Shown here in pieces: positions 8,572 through 15,720 of a DNA stretch of 33,490 nt. The first letter of the stretch is position 1; each line of letters starts with the position of its first letter. A model generated the notes under the pieces. The model did no database searches. It was not told the DNA's origin and saw only the letters and a list, made by a program, of their open reading frames with translations. A program made the position numbers and the translations under genes. Source of the DNA: a virus. Taxonomy: Duplodnaviria > Caudoviricetes. Location of the stretch: IMG/VR virus record IMGVR_UViG_3300017727_000068, positions 1 to 33,490 of that record; one strand, written 5' to 3'.

Positions 8572-9000
8572 TTATTCTTCAACTATATCTTCGTACACAC
8601 CATCAGAAGTCTCTTTTAACTCTACAGTATGTTTCTCTGGTAATATAAATATACCTCCACTAACATTATGGTCTACTTGCACCTTATCTGTCTTAACCAC
8701 ACCGGCTCTATCCAGTATAGTTTGTGCAGCTTGTAACTTATAGTTAGCTTGAGGCACAGGTCTATCTGAATTGAGGACTTCAATTAACTTAAAAGCTGCA
8801 GTAGGGGCTTCCCTTGCAAGTACGTCTGAGGCTAAATCCACTACTTCATGTTTAAGTGATTTTAAGATTTGATAGTGATTTCCTTGGTATCCTGCAAGTT
8901 CGGCTGACTTTTTAAAATCGCCCCGTGTTTCCACGAGGTTATCTAGAAACGATTGCTGCTTCTCCGTTAAGTTTCTTTTCTTTTCCGGTAAGTAAGACAT
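8572..9000 (-). CDS. terS: Terminase small subunit
   Basis: LTEKQQSFL...SAELAGY HTH and AAQTILDRAG. Start revised to ATG at 9000 because the promoter occupies 9008-9036. Confidence 0.78.
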   Translation of the reverse strand: MSYLPEKKRNLTEKQQSFLDNLVETRGDFKKSAELAGYQGNHYQILKSLKHEVVDLASDVLAREAPTAAFKLIEVLNSDRPVPQANYKLQAAQTILDRAGVVKTDKVQVDHNVSGGIFILPEKHTVELKETSDGVYEDIVEE

Positions 9001-9007
9001 GCCTATT

Positions 9008-9036
9008 ATTATATACGCCATTTACCAGTTTGTCAA
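9008..9036 (-). promoter_or_regulatory. Consensus sigma70 promoter for the packaging/head arm
   Basis: TTGACA (9036-9031), 17 bp, TATAAT (9013-9008) on the minus strand. Confidence 0.85.
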
Positions 9037-9073
9037 GCTTTATATTGCTTTTTAAAATTAATTTCGATAGTAC

Positions 9074-9102
9074 TTGACAAAAAGTGTTTTCATATGTATA
9101 AT
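9074..9102 (+). promoter_or_regulatory. Consensus sigma70 promoter facing the non-coding region
   Basis: TTGACA (9074-9079), 17 bp, TATAAT (9097-9102). Confidence 0.85.
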
Positions 9103-9273
9103 GAGTGTAACGATACCCCCCGTTACATACCAGTAGAATACCCAACAAAAACTACTTTACAAGCTTGTCAAAAAACATATACAGATTATCAAGATTGTAG
9201 AGTTTGTAGTGTTAAGCCGGGCAACTGGTTAACGTCTGAAACTGGGTAGAAATGTGTAACCACTATATATATA

Positions 9274-9307
9274 CCCACCCACCCCCCGTGGCACACCTGC
9301 CCACCCC
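9274..9307 (-). other. C-tract/G-tract element (G-quadruplex capable on minus strand)
   Basis: CCCACCCACCCCCCGTGGCACACCTGCCCACCCC, preceded by TATATATATA. Confidence 0.5.
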
Positions 9308-9383
9308 TATAAAGCCCGTAGCTACAGCGTTTAAACTGTACACACTTGCAAAGCGTAGCAAGATTTACGGGCTACTTATCAAG

Positions 9384-9488
9384 CTGTACAAAATTTATAC
9401 AGTTGCAGAGCTGTACAAAATTTATACAGTTGTAAAACTTGCAAAGCTGGTTAATGCGTTTGGCAAGTTGTACAAAATTTATACAGTT
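9384..9488. repeat. Three copies of near-palindromic TGTACAAAATTTATACAGTT
   Basis: Copies start at 9385, 9412 and 9469. Confidence 0.9.
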
Positions 9489-9634
9489 TATATTCAAAAC
9501 TTTACAACGTGCAAAGCTTCACAAAACCACCCCTAAAAATAAATTAAAGTTTTTTCATTTTGGGGGTTGTGTTTAAACTCAATCTGTGAAATAATTCTCT
9601 TATGTTTAACAATAATCAAAAGGAGAATATAAAC

Positions 9635-10222
9635 ATGAATAATATTAAATATAGAGAAGAGTGGCTTAACAAAGTAGCCGAAGAGTTGGACAAGGTGGCG
9701 TTTAAACCTAACGGGCATAAATTACCACCAGTCAAAATATCTTGCAGTTGGGCATTAGGAAACAGAGCAAAGAATAAAAAGACTTTAGGGCAATGTTTCC
9801 CGACAAGTTGGAGTGATGGCAAAGTGAATGAGATTATACTTGTTCCTACTGTTCAAGATAGTTTTGAAATTGCCGACACTTTAGCCCATGAGTTGGCTCA
9901 TGCTGTTGATGATTGCAAAAGTGGACACGGAAAAGGGTTCAAGGATATTTGTCTAGCTGTTGGATTAGATGGCAATACTCAGATGAGATATGCCGAAGCA
10001 GGGGAAAAGTTAGGAGAACAAATAAAAGCAATCATTAAAAAGGTTGGAGAATATCCCCACGATAAAATGACGATAACCGACAGAAAGAAACAGAGTACAA
10101 GAAATTTAAAAGTTGAATGTTCATACTGTGGGTTTGGTTGGAGAGCATCTAAAACCATGATTGAAAGAATGAATAACTGGACTTGCAACGATTGTGGAAG
10201 TGATACGCTAGAGATTGTTTAA
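9635..10222 (+). CDS. SprT-like zinc metalloprotease with C-terminal zinc ribbon
   Basis: TLAHELAH...GHG..F (HExxH), CSYC...CNDC. AAGGAG SD before ATG 9635. Confidence 0.8.
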   Translation: MNNIKYREEWLNKVAEELDKVAFKPNGHKLPPVKISCSWALGNRAKNKKTLGQCFPTSWSDGKVNEIILVPTVQDSFEIADTLAHELAHAVDDCKSGHGKGFKDICLAVGLDGNTQMRYAEAGEKLGEQIKAIIKKVGEYPHDKMTITDRKKQSTRNLKVECSYCGFGWRASKTMIERMNNWTCNDCGSDTLEIV

Positions 10223-10238
10223 ACTCTCTCTAAAAATT

Positions 10239-10263
10239 AGCCCCTTAATTGGGGCTTTTTTTT
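10239..10263 (+). terminator. Rho-independent terminator
   Basis: AGCCCC-TTAATT-GGGGCT followed by a T run. Confidence 0.9.
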
Positions 10264-10562
10264 GTCTGTAATTTCTCACACTTGCAAAGCGTTTAAACTT
10301 TGCCCTTTAATCATTCAAGCTAATTAGAGCCGTTTTAAGGGCTTGTTTGTCTATCTGATGTTATGCCCTTAACTACTTGCTAAACGTTCAATAGAGAGCA
10401 TTTAAAACGTTGTATGTTTATACAGTAATTTAGTTAAATAAACTTATAAAAACTATTGCATTTTATTTCTAAAAATGTTAGTTAAAAAAATCACTAGCAC
10501 AAATTGACAGAGAACACAAGCAATTTAATTAAAATAAATTTAAAATAATTTGATTAAAATAC

Positions 10563-10591
10563 TTGCAATGTGATTAATAATTTTATAAGGT
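10563..10591 (+). promoter_or_regulatory. Putative early sigma70 promoter
   Basis: TTGCAA, 17 bp, TAAGGT with a very AT-rich upstream element. Confidence 0.45.
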
Positions 10592-10637
10592 GTTCATATT
10601 GTTTAATTAAATACAAATATAAAAGGAGGTTTAAACA

Positions 10638-10901
10638 ATGCGAGTACAAAATATGACAAGTGCGAGAGGTAATAAAGTGGCGAATCAATTTATTATAAAT
10701 GATGAGGGGGCTGAATATTTCCAAAGTTATAGAAGTATCATAGCTAAGAAATCACAAGGTAAAATATATCTTGATGAATATTACTGGGATTATTCAACGA
10801 CTACAGGAAAATACAGGAATCAATTTCTAAATGAGGGCATAGCCGACACAAGGAAAAAGATTCAGAGTGGCGAATATATATTAACAGACTTAAATAACTA
10901 G
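10638..10901 (+). CDS. Early hypothetical protein (FQSY.S.IA...WDYS.TT.KY)
   Basis: Strong SD. Motif recurrent in phage early proteins. Confidence 0.8.
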   Translation: MRVQNMTSARGNKVANQFIINDEGAEYFQSYRSIIAKKSQGKIYLDEYYWDYSTTTGKYRNQFLNEGIADTRKKIQSGEYILTDLNN

Positions 10902-10917
10902 AGGAGGTTTAAACAGT

Positions 10918-11061
10918 ATGAATAAATTAAAAAAAGAGTGGGCAATTTTTCAACAGGATTTTAAAAGACAGGCAGAAGACAGCTTGATATTTAGAATAAA
11001 TTGGTATATATTAAAACCAATAGCAATAGTATTAGTTATTATTGCGATAACAATTATATAA
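10918..11061 (+). CDS. Early 47-aa protein with C-terminal transmembrane helix
   Basis: Not in ORF track. GAGGAGG SD, MNKLKKEW...KPIAIVLVIIAITII. Confidence 0.7.
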   Translation: MNKLKKEWAIFQQDFKRQAEDSLIFRINWYILKPIAIVLVIIAITII

Positions 11062-11082
11062 ACTAAAGGAGGTTTAAACGTT

Positions 11083-11268
11083 ATGATTAAAATATACAGA
11101 GATACTTTCACACCAAAGAAAAAGTTTAGGCATATCAATATCTTAGGCTTTAAATTTAGAGTGAAGACTTACGCAAGAGATTCAATTACTAAGTATAATA
11201 TTTATACAGATAGGCAAGGCTTGGGGTTGAACTTTAGAAGAATGAATGTTAAGATATATAGAAGTTAA
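11083..11268 (+). CDS. Early basic hypothetical protein
   Basis: AAGGAGG SD, 61 aa. Confidence 0.75.
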   Translation: MIKIYRDTFTPKKKFRHINILGFKFRVKTYARDSITKYNIYTDRQGLGLNFRRMNVKIYRS

Positions 11269-11291
11269 AAACTTAAGGAGGTTTAAACACT

Positions 11292-11459
11292 ATGAGTAGA
11301 GAAAACGCAGAGGGGTACGACATACCAGAGACAACAGCAGAAGCTTTTGAAGTGGTGGTGGATGTATGCAACAGAGAAATAGAATGGGCTTATGAAGATA
11401 CAGAAGACATTTCAGAAGCTTTGAAAATTTTACATAACTTTATATATAAGGAGGTTTAA
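11292..11459 (+). CDS. Early 55-aa acidic protein
   Basis: Not in ORF track. AAGGAGG SD, MSRENAEGYDIPETTAEAFE...IYKEV. Confidence 0.75.
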   Translation: MSRENAEGYDIPETTAEAFEVVVDVCNREIEWAYEDTEDISEALKILHNFIYKEV

Positions 11460-11464
11460 ACGTT

Positions 11465-11653
11465 ATGGACAAAGAAATTATATCGCAAATTTACTTTGAT
11501 GCTGTTGATTTAAAAAGAACTTTAGAAGTTAATAACTTAACTCATTATAAAAGAGTTCATGGAGGAACAGACAACGAGGATACTACAGGAGATTTAATCG
11601 AAAATATTTTATATCATATAGATAATATGTATAACAACTTAGAGGAGGTTTAA
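11465..11653 (+). CDS. Early hypothetical protein
   Basis: AAGGAGG SD, 62 aa. Confidence 0.75.
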   Translation: MDKEIISQIYFDAVDLKRTLEVNNLTHYKRVHGGTDNEDTTGDLIENILYHIDNMYNNLEEV

Positions 11654-11658
11654 ACATT

Positions 11659-11916
11659 ATGAACGTAGATAGCGACAAACCAAGATACATTGAGTGTATC
11701 TATCAAGCACCAATTACTTTTGATTTAGAAGAATTAGAGGTTGACTTTGATAAGGTAGAAGATTACTATATCAAATATGGAACGCTACATATTACCTATA
11801 AAGATGGTAGTACAGCAGAACATGATGGAGATATTGGCGACCCAGATTATAAATGGGCAGAAGAAGAAAGTATATTAACAGAAGATTGGTATTTAGTGGA
11901 GGGACTTAATGGATAA
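11659..11916 (+). CDS. Early acidic hypothetical protein
   Basis: GAGGAGG SD, D/E-rich, 85 aa. Confidence 0.78.
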   Translation: MNVDSDKPRYIECIYQAPITFDLEELEVDFDKVEDYYIKYGTLHITYKDGSTAEHDGDIGDPDYKWAEEESILTEDWYLVEGLNG

Positions 11917-12226
11917 TGACTTAATTAAAACGGAGCAAATGTATCAGATAAGAGAACGTTTAAACAGATTGTGGCAGATACCAGACAGACCAGATTTGTT
12001 TGATGATTGTTGCGAGTTCATGTATGATAGGCAGGGGCAAGATGTTGATGCGACTTTACTTATAAAGTTTTTATCTCATCATGCTACGAATGGTATGTCA
12101 TCACAAGAGTTAGATGATATGGCTAATGACTATCAACAGGATATGTTTAAACAAGATGAAGATTATTGTGAGCATTGTGGAGATACACTTGACAAATGCA
12201 CAGGATATAAATGTTGGATAAAATAA
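11909..12226 (+). CDS. Early hypothetical protein with C-terminal Cys cluster
   Basis: GGAGG SD, CEHCG....KCTGYKCW. Confidence 0.72.
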   Translation: MDNDLIKTEQMYQIRERLNRLWQIPDRPDLFDDCCEFMYDRQGQDVDATLLIKFLSHHATNGMSSQELDDMANDYQQDMFKQDEDYCEHCGDTLDKCTGYKCWIK

Positions 12227-12236
12227 AGGAGGTACT

Positions 12237-12392
12237 ATGATTACACTTAAAAGAATAAAAGATATTGCAGACGATATTATTGCAGATACAGAATGGGTAA
12301 ATGATACTCATACTGAAGCTGAACATAATGGAATTGTAGATGGTTTGAATAGGTTAATTGAACATTTAGAAGAAACTGAGGAGACAACATGA
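12237..12392 (+). CDS. Early 51-aa acidic protein
   Basis: Not in ORF track. AAGGAGG SD and ATGA overlap with the next gene. Confidence 0.72.
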   Translation: MITLKRIKDIADDIIADTEWVNDTHTEAEHNGIVDGLNRLIEHLEETEETT

Positions 12393-12883
12393 ATATATTT
12401 TATTTTTATGACAGCCCTATACAATCGGCAGAAGCACAACCAGATAAGATGCTAGTGAAGATGCCCTTAGAAACTGCACAAATGCTCTGTACTGCACACA
12501 GAGAGTTAGATGGGGATGAGTATGCAGATAGTGTAGGACTTTACAAACGAGCATACTGGAATCATCCGTGTACGATATGGGCTAGGGAGTGTAATGAAAA
12601 TTACTCATGGTTATATGCTCATTTTCTAGCACTAGGAATGGAGTATACTTACAGATATGGTAAGGAACATGCAAGTATTACTAAGTTGGCTAAACCTTTA
12701 ATGCAATTTCCTAAAAATATAAAGAGTGGTAAGATGACAACAGTTGCACAAGCTATGCCAGATGAGTACAAAAATGATGACCCTATCAAGGCTTACAGAG
12801 ATTACTGTACCCATGAAAAACACTATGCTAAGTGGGAGAAAGGTAGAGCCAAACCAGACTGGTGGACTAAGGAGGTAGCATGA
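12389..12883 (+). CDS. Pyrimidine-dimer DNA glycosylase/endonuclease V-like family protein
   Basis: MNIF...DK..VKM.LE.AQML.TAH, NHPCT.W.R...NY.WL, AQAMP.EYK..D...AYR.Y. Confidence 0.7.
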   Translation: MNIFYFYDSPIQSAEAQPDKMLVKMPLETAQMLCTAHRELDGDEYADSVGLYKRAYWNHPCTIWARECNENYSWLYAHFLALGMEYTYRYGKEHASITKLAKPLMQFPKNIKSGKMTTVAQAMPDEYKNDDPIKAYRDYCTHEKHYAKWEKGRAKPDWWTKEVA

Positions 12884-13098
12884 TTATAGATATAAGAGAA
12901 AAGAACGTAATGTATATTACGACAACAACAGGTAAAACAATATACATAGATGACTCAACAGATGAATTAATAATAGATACTTGGGATATGGATGGACAAC
13001 CTATCGAACCTATGATAATGTTCACCCCAGATTTTGAGATAGATGATAAACCAACCCTAACATTAGTGAAAGATAACAAGGAGGAAGATGATGAGTGA
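12880..13098 (+). CDS. Acidic hypothetical protein
   Basis: AAGGAGG SD, ATGA overlap. Confidence 0.72.
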   Translation: MIIDIREKNVMYITTTTGKTIYIDDSTDELIIDTWDMDGQPIEPMIMFTPDFEIDDKPTLTLVKDNKEEDDE

Positions 13099-13330
13099 TA
13101 CATTGAGAGTAGGAGATGCTGTCTCTTGGAGTGGTGGCTTCGGTATGGAAGCACACAGAGAAGCAACAGTCGTAGGTATACAGGTAAATTATTCTAACGG
13201 AAGTAAGGATGGTGTAGCTGTAGATGAAATAGACTGGTGGCATATACAAGAACGAAACCAAATCATTGATTTAGATAATGGTCATTGGGCTTGGGCATTT
13301 CAAATCAAACCAATAGAAGAGTATGTTTAA
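13088..13330 (+). CDS. Hypothetical protein (small beta-barrel-like)
   Basis: GAGGA SD, LRVGD.V.W and LDNGHWAW. Confidence 0.7.
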   Translation: MMSDTLRVGDAVSWSGGFGMEAHREATVVGIQVNYSNGSKDGVAVDEIDWWHIQERNQIIDLDNGHWAWAFQIKPIEEYV

Positions 13331-13356
13331 ACAGACTCAATTAATTAACAAAGTGT

Positions 13357-13385
13357 TTGACTTACCCTTAAAAAAATGTTATAAT
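13357..13385 (+). promoter_or_regulatory. sigma70 promoter with extended -10
   Basis: TTGACT, 17 bp, TATAAT with TGn. Confidence 0.8.
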
Positions 13386-13469
13386 CTTTTAAATTTTTTA
13401 AGGTATCAAACAAATAATTATAATAATTAATAAATTAAATAATTAAAATATTTTAAAAAGGATATAAAT

Positions 13470-13604
13470 ATGAGTGATGATACAAAAAGAATTATAAATA
13501 TTGATGATGTTGTAGATGATTACTACAATAATGCACCAATTATAGATACAAACGAGTATAGTGATGATATGTTAGGAGAGGAGGACTATGATGACAGAAC
13601 ATAA
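13470..13604 (+). CDS. 44-aa very acidic peptide
   Basis: Not in ORF track. AAGGA SD, MSDDTKRIINIDDVVDDYYNNAPIIDTNEYSDDMLGEEDYDDRT. Confidence 0.6.
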   Translation: MSDDTKRIINIDDVVDDYYNNAPIIDTNEYSDDMLGEEDYDDRT

Positions 13605-13860
13605 TGATAGGGTTAGTCAACAAAAGTTGCTAATTGAAGCAGAAGAGTGGGCAAAAGTTCCTAAAAGCATTCATGTTCACAGCTTAAAATCTATGTGGTA
13701 TGACGATAGACCTTGGGATACTGAGGTTGGGAAGGTTGTGGACATAGAATATAATAATGGATTGGTTGTTAGAAAAAAATATGGCGAGACAATACATATT
13801 TTTGGAGAAGAAAAAACAGGACAAGAGTTAGTAGATTTGTATTGTAGAGGTGGAGCATGA
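13588..13860 (+). CDS. Hypothetical protein
   Basis: GAGGAGG SD, 90 aa. Confidence 0.75.
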   Translation: MMTEHNDRVSQQKLLIEAEEWAKVPKSIHVHSLKSMWYDDRPWDTEVGKVVDIEYNNGLVVRKKYGETIHIFGEEKTGQELVDLYCRGGA

Positions 13861-13991
13861 CACCACAATTTAATGGCAGAGATTTTATATATTTATTTTT
13901 TATGTTAGCGTGTTTCATTACTGCATTTAGTATTTGCGACACAACGTTTAAACATGATTGCTATGTTATAGATACAAGGTACGTAGCATGA
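13857..13991 (+). CDS. 44-aa membrane peptide
   Basis: Not in ORF track. ATGA overlaps at both ends, hydrophobic FIYLFFMLACFITAFSIC. Confidence 0.6.
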   Translation: MTPQFNGRDFIYLFFMLACFITAFSICDTTFKHDCYVIDTRYVA

Positions 13992-14287
13992 CACAGAATT
14001 TTAGTAAACAAGAATTAGAAAATTCTAAAAGAATATTTAAATCAGCAACACCTAAATATGATTTATCTTGGTATGTTAAATGGTCAGCATCAGCCATCAT
14101 GTTATTAGCAATGTCGTTTAGAGGTGCACAAGTTTTACCACAGTTTGATTTAATGCTATCCTTTGTAGGATGTTTAGGTTGGTTGTGGGTAGGGGTTCTG
14201 TGGAAAGACAGAGCATTAATTATTTTAAATGCTGTAGCAGTAGTGATATTGTTTAGTGGTATTTTAAAACTATTCTTAGGAGGGTAG
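13988..14287 (+). CDS. Small 3-TM membrane protein (DUF6552-like)
   Basis: Start MTQNF at 13988. LSWYVKW, GWLWVG.LW.DRALI.LN. Confidence 0.65.
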   Translation: MTQNFSKQELENSKRIFKSATPKYDLSWYVKWSASAIMLLAMSFRGAQVLPQFDLMLSFVGCLGWLWVGVLWKDRALIILNAVAVVILFSGILKLFLGG

Positions 14288-14288
14288 T

Positions 14289-14486
14289 ATGAGAGAAGAA
14301 ATTTTACAAGCGTTGAAGAATACATTTGAAAGTCATATAGGTTGGCACATTATGAATGTAAATATTATGTTAGATAAATCAGTAGGAGTGGCAGAGCATC
14401 CAGATACTTTACAAACGTTAGAGGATGAGCTACAAAAGATTTCTGAATACAATGACAAGCTTGAAGTTCTCAGCAAATATTTTTAA
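14289..14486 (+). CDS. Conserved phage hypothetical protein (VGVAEHPD)
   Basis: AGGAGG SD. Helical hairpin family common in marine phages. Confidence 0.75.
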   Translation: MREEILQALKNTFESHIGWHIMNVNIMLDKSVGVAEHPDTLQTLEDELQKISEYNDKLEVLSKYF

Positions 14487-14494
14487 AATAATTG

Positions 14495-14523
14495 TAGACT
14501 TTGTAATTAAGATATGATATAAT
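14495..14523 (+). promoter_or_regulatory. sigma70 promoter with extended -10
   Basis: TAGACT, 17 bp, TATAAT with TGn. Confidence 0.7.
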
Positions 14524-14533
14524 GCACATTATT

Positions 14534-14731
14534 ATGAACAACAAAACAAAAACTTTAACAAGGGATGAGTATAGAAACTTTCAAAAGTTTATAGAAGACT
14601 TACCTACTCAAACAGGATATATGGTAGAGCATGTAAACGATTACTATAAAGTTTCTTTTCTTAAGGACATAGACTTTTGTTGGACAGAATTTTTTAATTA
14701 CAATGATGGAGATGTTCGTGGCGTGTCATAA
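14534..14731 (+). CDS. Hypothetical protein (near-leaderless)
   Basis: ATG 14522 overlaps the -10 box, so the in-frame ATG 14534 is preferred. No SD. Confidence 0.6.
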   Translation: MNNKTKTLTRDEYRNFQKFIEDLPTQTGYMVEHVNDYYKVSFLKDIDFCWTEFFNYNDGDVRGVS

Positions 14732-14943
14732 GGATAGCCCTCATAAAATTCCTTTTATACTTATGACAAGCGATTCAGTCGTGCAAGTTTCTGGTCTTGT
14801 GCCCTCAAAACCAGCTCCTTTTGAACCGTTTAAACGTGGTGCAAGAGCCACCGTAAAATCCTTTCCCCTTATCAATCAGGTTTGTGAAAGGTTGTGGATG
14901 AAGCAGGATAAGAACTACACCAAGTACTGCCACCCGTTTAAAC
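14724..14943 (+). ncRNA. Candidate structured non-coding element
   Basis: GC-richer intergenic segment with several hairpins and C/U-rich loops. Confidence 0.4.
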
Positions 14944-14969
14944 AACTTCAAATTAATTTCAAAAAACTA

Positions 14970-14998
14970 TTGAACTCAAAGCCAAAGTATGATATAAT
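14970..14998 (+). promoter_or_regulatory. sigma70 promoter for the replication operon
   Basis: TTGAAC, 17 bp, TATAAT with TGn. Confidence 0.75.
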
Positions 14999-15033
14999 GG
15001 CTACACTTAATACAACCTATGGAGGACAAAACT

Positions 15034-15447
15034 ATGTATGAGTATTTAGATGGAAAGAGTATGTATGCTAACGTGACTACACCTAACAGGAGATTTGAAC
15101 CACACAAATATCAAATCGTTGTACTTACAGATGAGGATACTGCTAATAGACTGGAGGGTCTAGGTTTAAAACAAGTGAGAACCAGAGATGGTCAACTTAA
15201 GTATGATGAACCTGCATTCTCTTTTAGTAAACAAGCCAATAGAAAAGATGGCACACCTAATGATGCACCTAAGTTAGTTGATAGCGAAGGTAATTCTATA
15301 GATATGTCTGTTGGAAATGGCTCAACAGTAAGGGTTAAGATTAAACCTTATACTGGAACATATGGTACATTCGCAGAGCTTATGGCTGTGAAGGTATTAA
15401 ACTTAGTTGAATATGCAGAGGAAGACTCTGACAACGAGGAATTTTAA
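15034..15447 (+). CDS. Single-stranded DNA-binding protein (T7 gp2.5-like)
   Basis: GGAGG SD before ATG 15034. VGNGS.V.V and L.AV.V..LVEY, with an acidic tail ending in F. Confidence 0.8.
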   Translation: MYEYLDGKSMYANVTTPNRRFEPHKYQIVVLTDEDTANRLEGLGLKQVRTRDGQLKYDEPAFSFSKQANRKDGTPNDAPKLVDSEGNSIDMSVGNGSTVRVKIKPYTGTYGTFAELMAVKVLNLVEYAEEDSDNEEF

Positions 15448-15448
15448 T

Positions 15449-15715
15449 ATGATTATTAATATAAAAAATGATGATGGTGAAGTCCAATATGATGTTAATA
15501 AAATAGCAGATGAGGATAAGAAGCGTGGAGCAACTGTGACTATATCTAAGGTAGGTAGTTTAGAAACTATCATAGAAGCATTACAGTTTGCAAGTTCTAC
15601 ACATAGAAGTAATCTTGAGAATCTTTTAAAAGAAACTCCTGAAGCTATGGTAGAAGTAGAAGAACCTGTTGAAGAAGTGGAGACTGTAGAAGCAGAAACA
15701 ACAGATAACGTTTAA
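15449..15715 (+). CDS. Acidic hypothetical protein
   Basis: Start MIINIK just after the ssb stop. Confidence 0.7.
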   Translation: MIINIKNDDGEVQYDVNKIADEDKKRGATVTISKVGSLETIIEALQFASSTHRSNLENLLKETPEAMVEVEEPVEEVETVEAETTDNV

Positions 15716-15720
15716 ACATA

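Noticed and set aside
9384-9488. CRISPR-like mini array or LexA boxes
   Set aside because: Spacers are 7 and 37 bp and no cas genes are present. The CTGT...ACAG spacing is 11, not the 8 required for LexA.
9252-9536. 94-aa ORF with LYKIYTV repeats
   Set aside because: It is a translation of the DNA repeats and C-tract, with no SD. The region is better explained as non-coding.
10623-11661. CRISPR array or integron attC cassettes
   Set aside because: The repeat is only about 14 bp, the intervening segments are whole genes, there is no attC-like stem, and no integrase is in the window.
12189-12217. TTGACA promoter
   Set aside because: No -10 box at 16-18 bp spacing.
14724-14943. tRNA or known ribozyme
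   Set aside because: No T-loop GTTC(G/A)A with cloverleaf and no hammerhead core were seen. I found no tRNA anywhere in the window.
14703-15041. 112-aa ORF
   Set aside because: It spans hairpins and a consensus promoter, overlaps both neighbours and has atypical composition.
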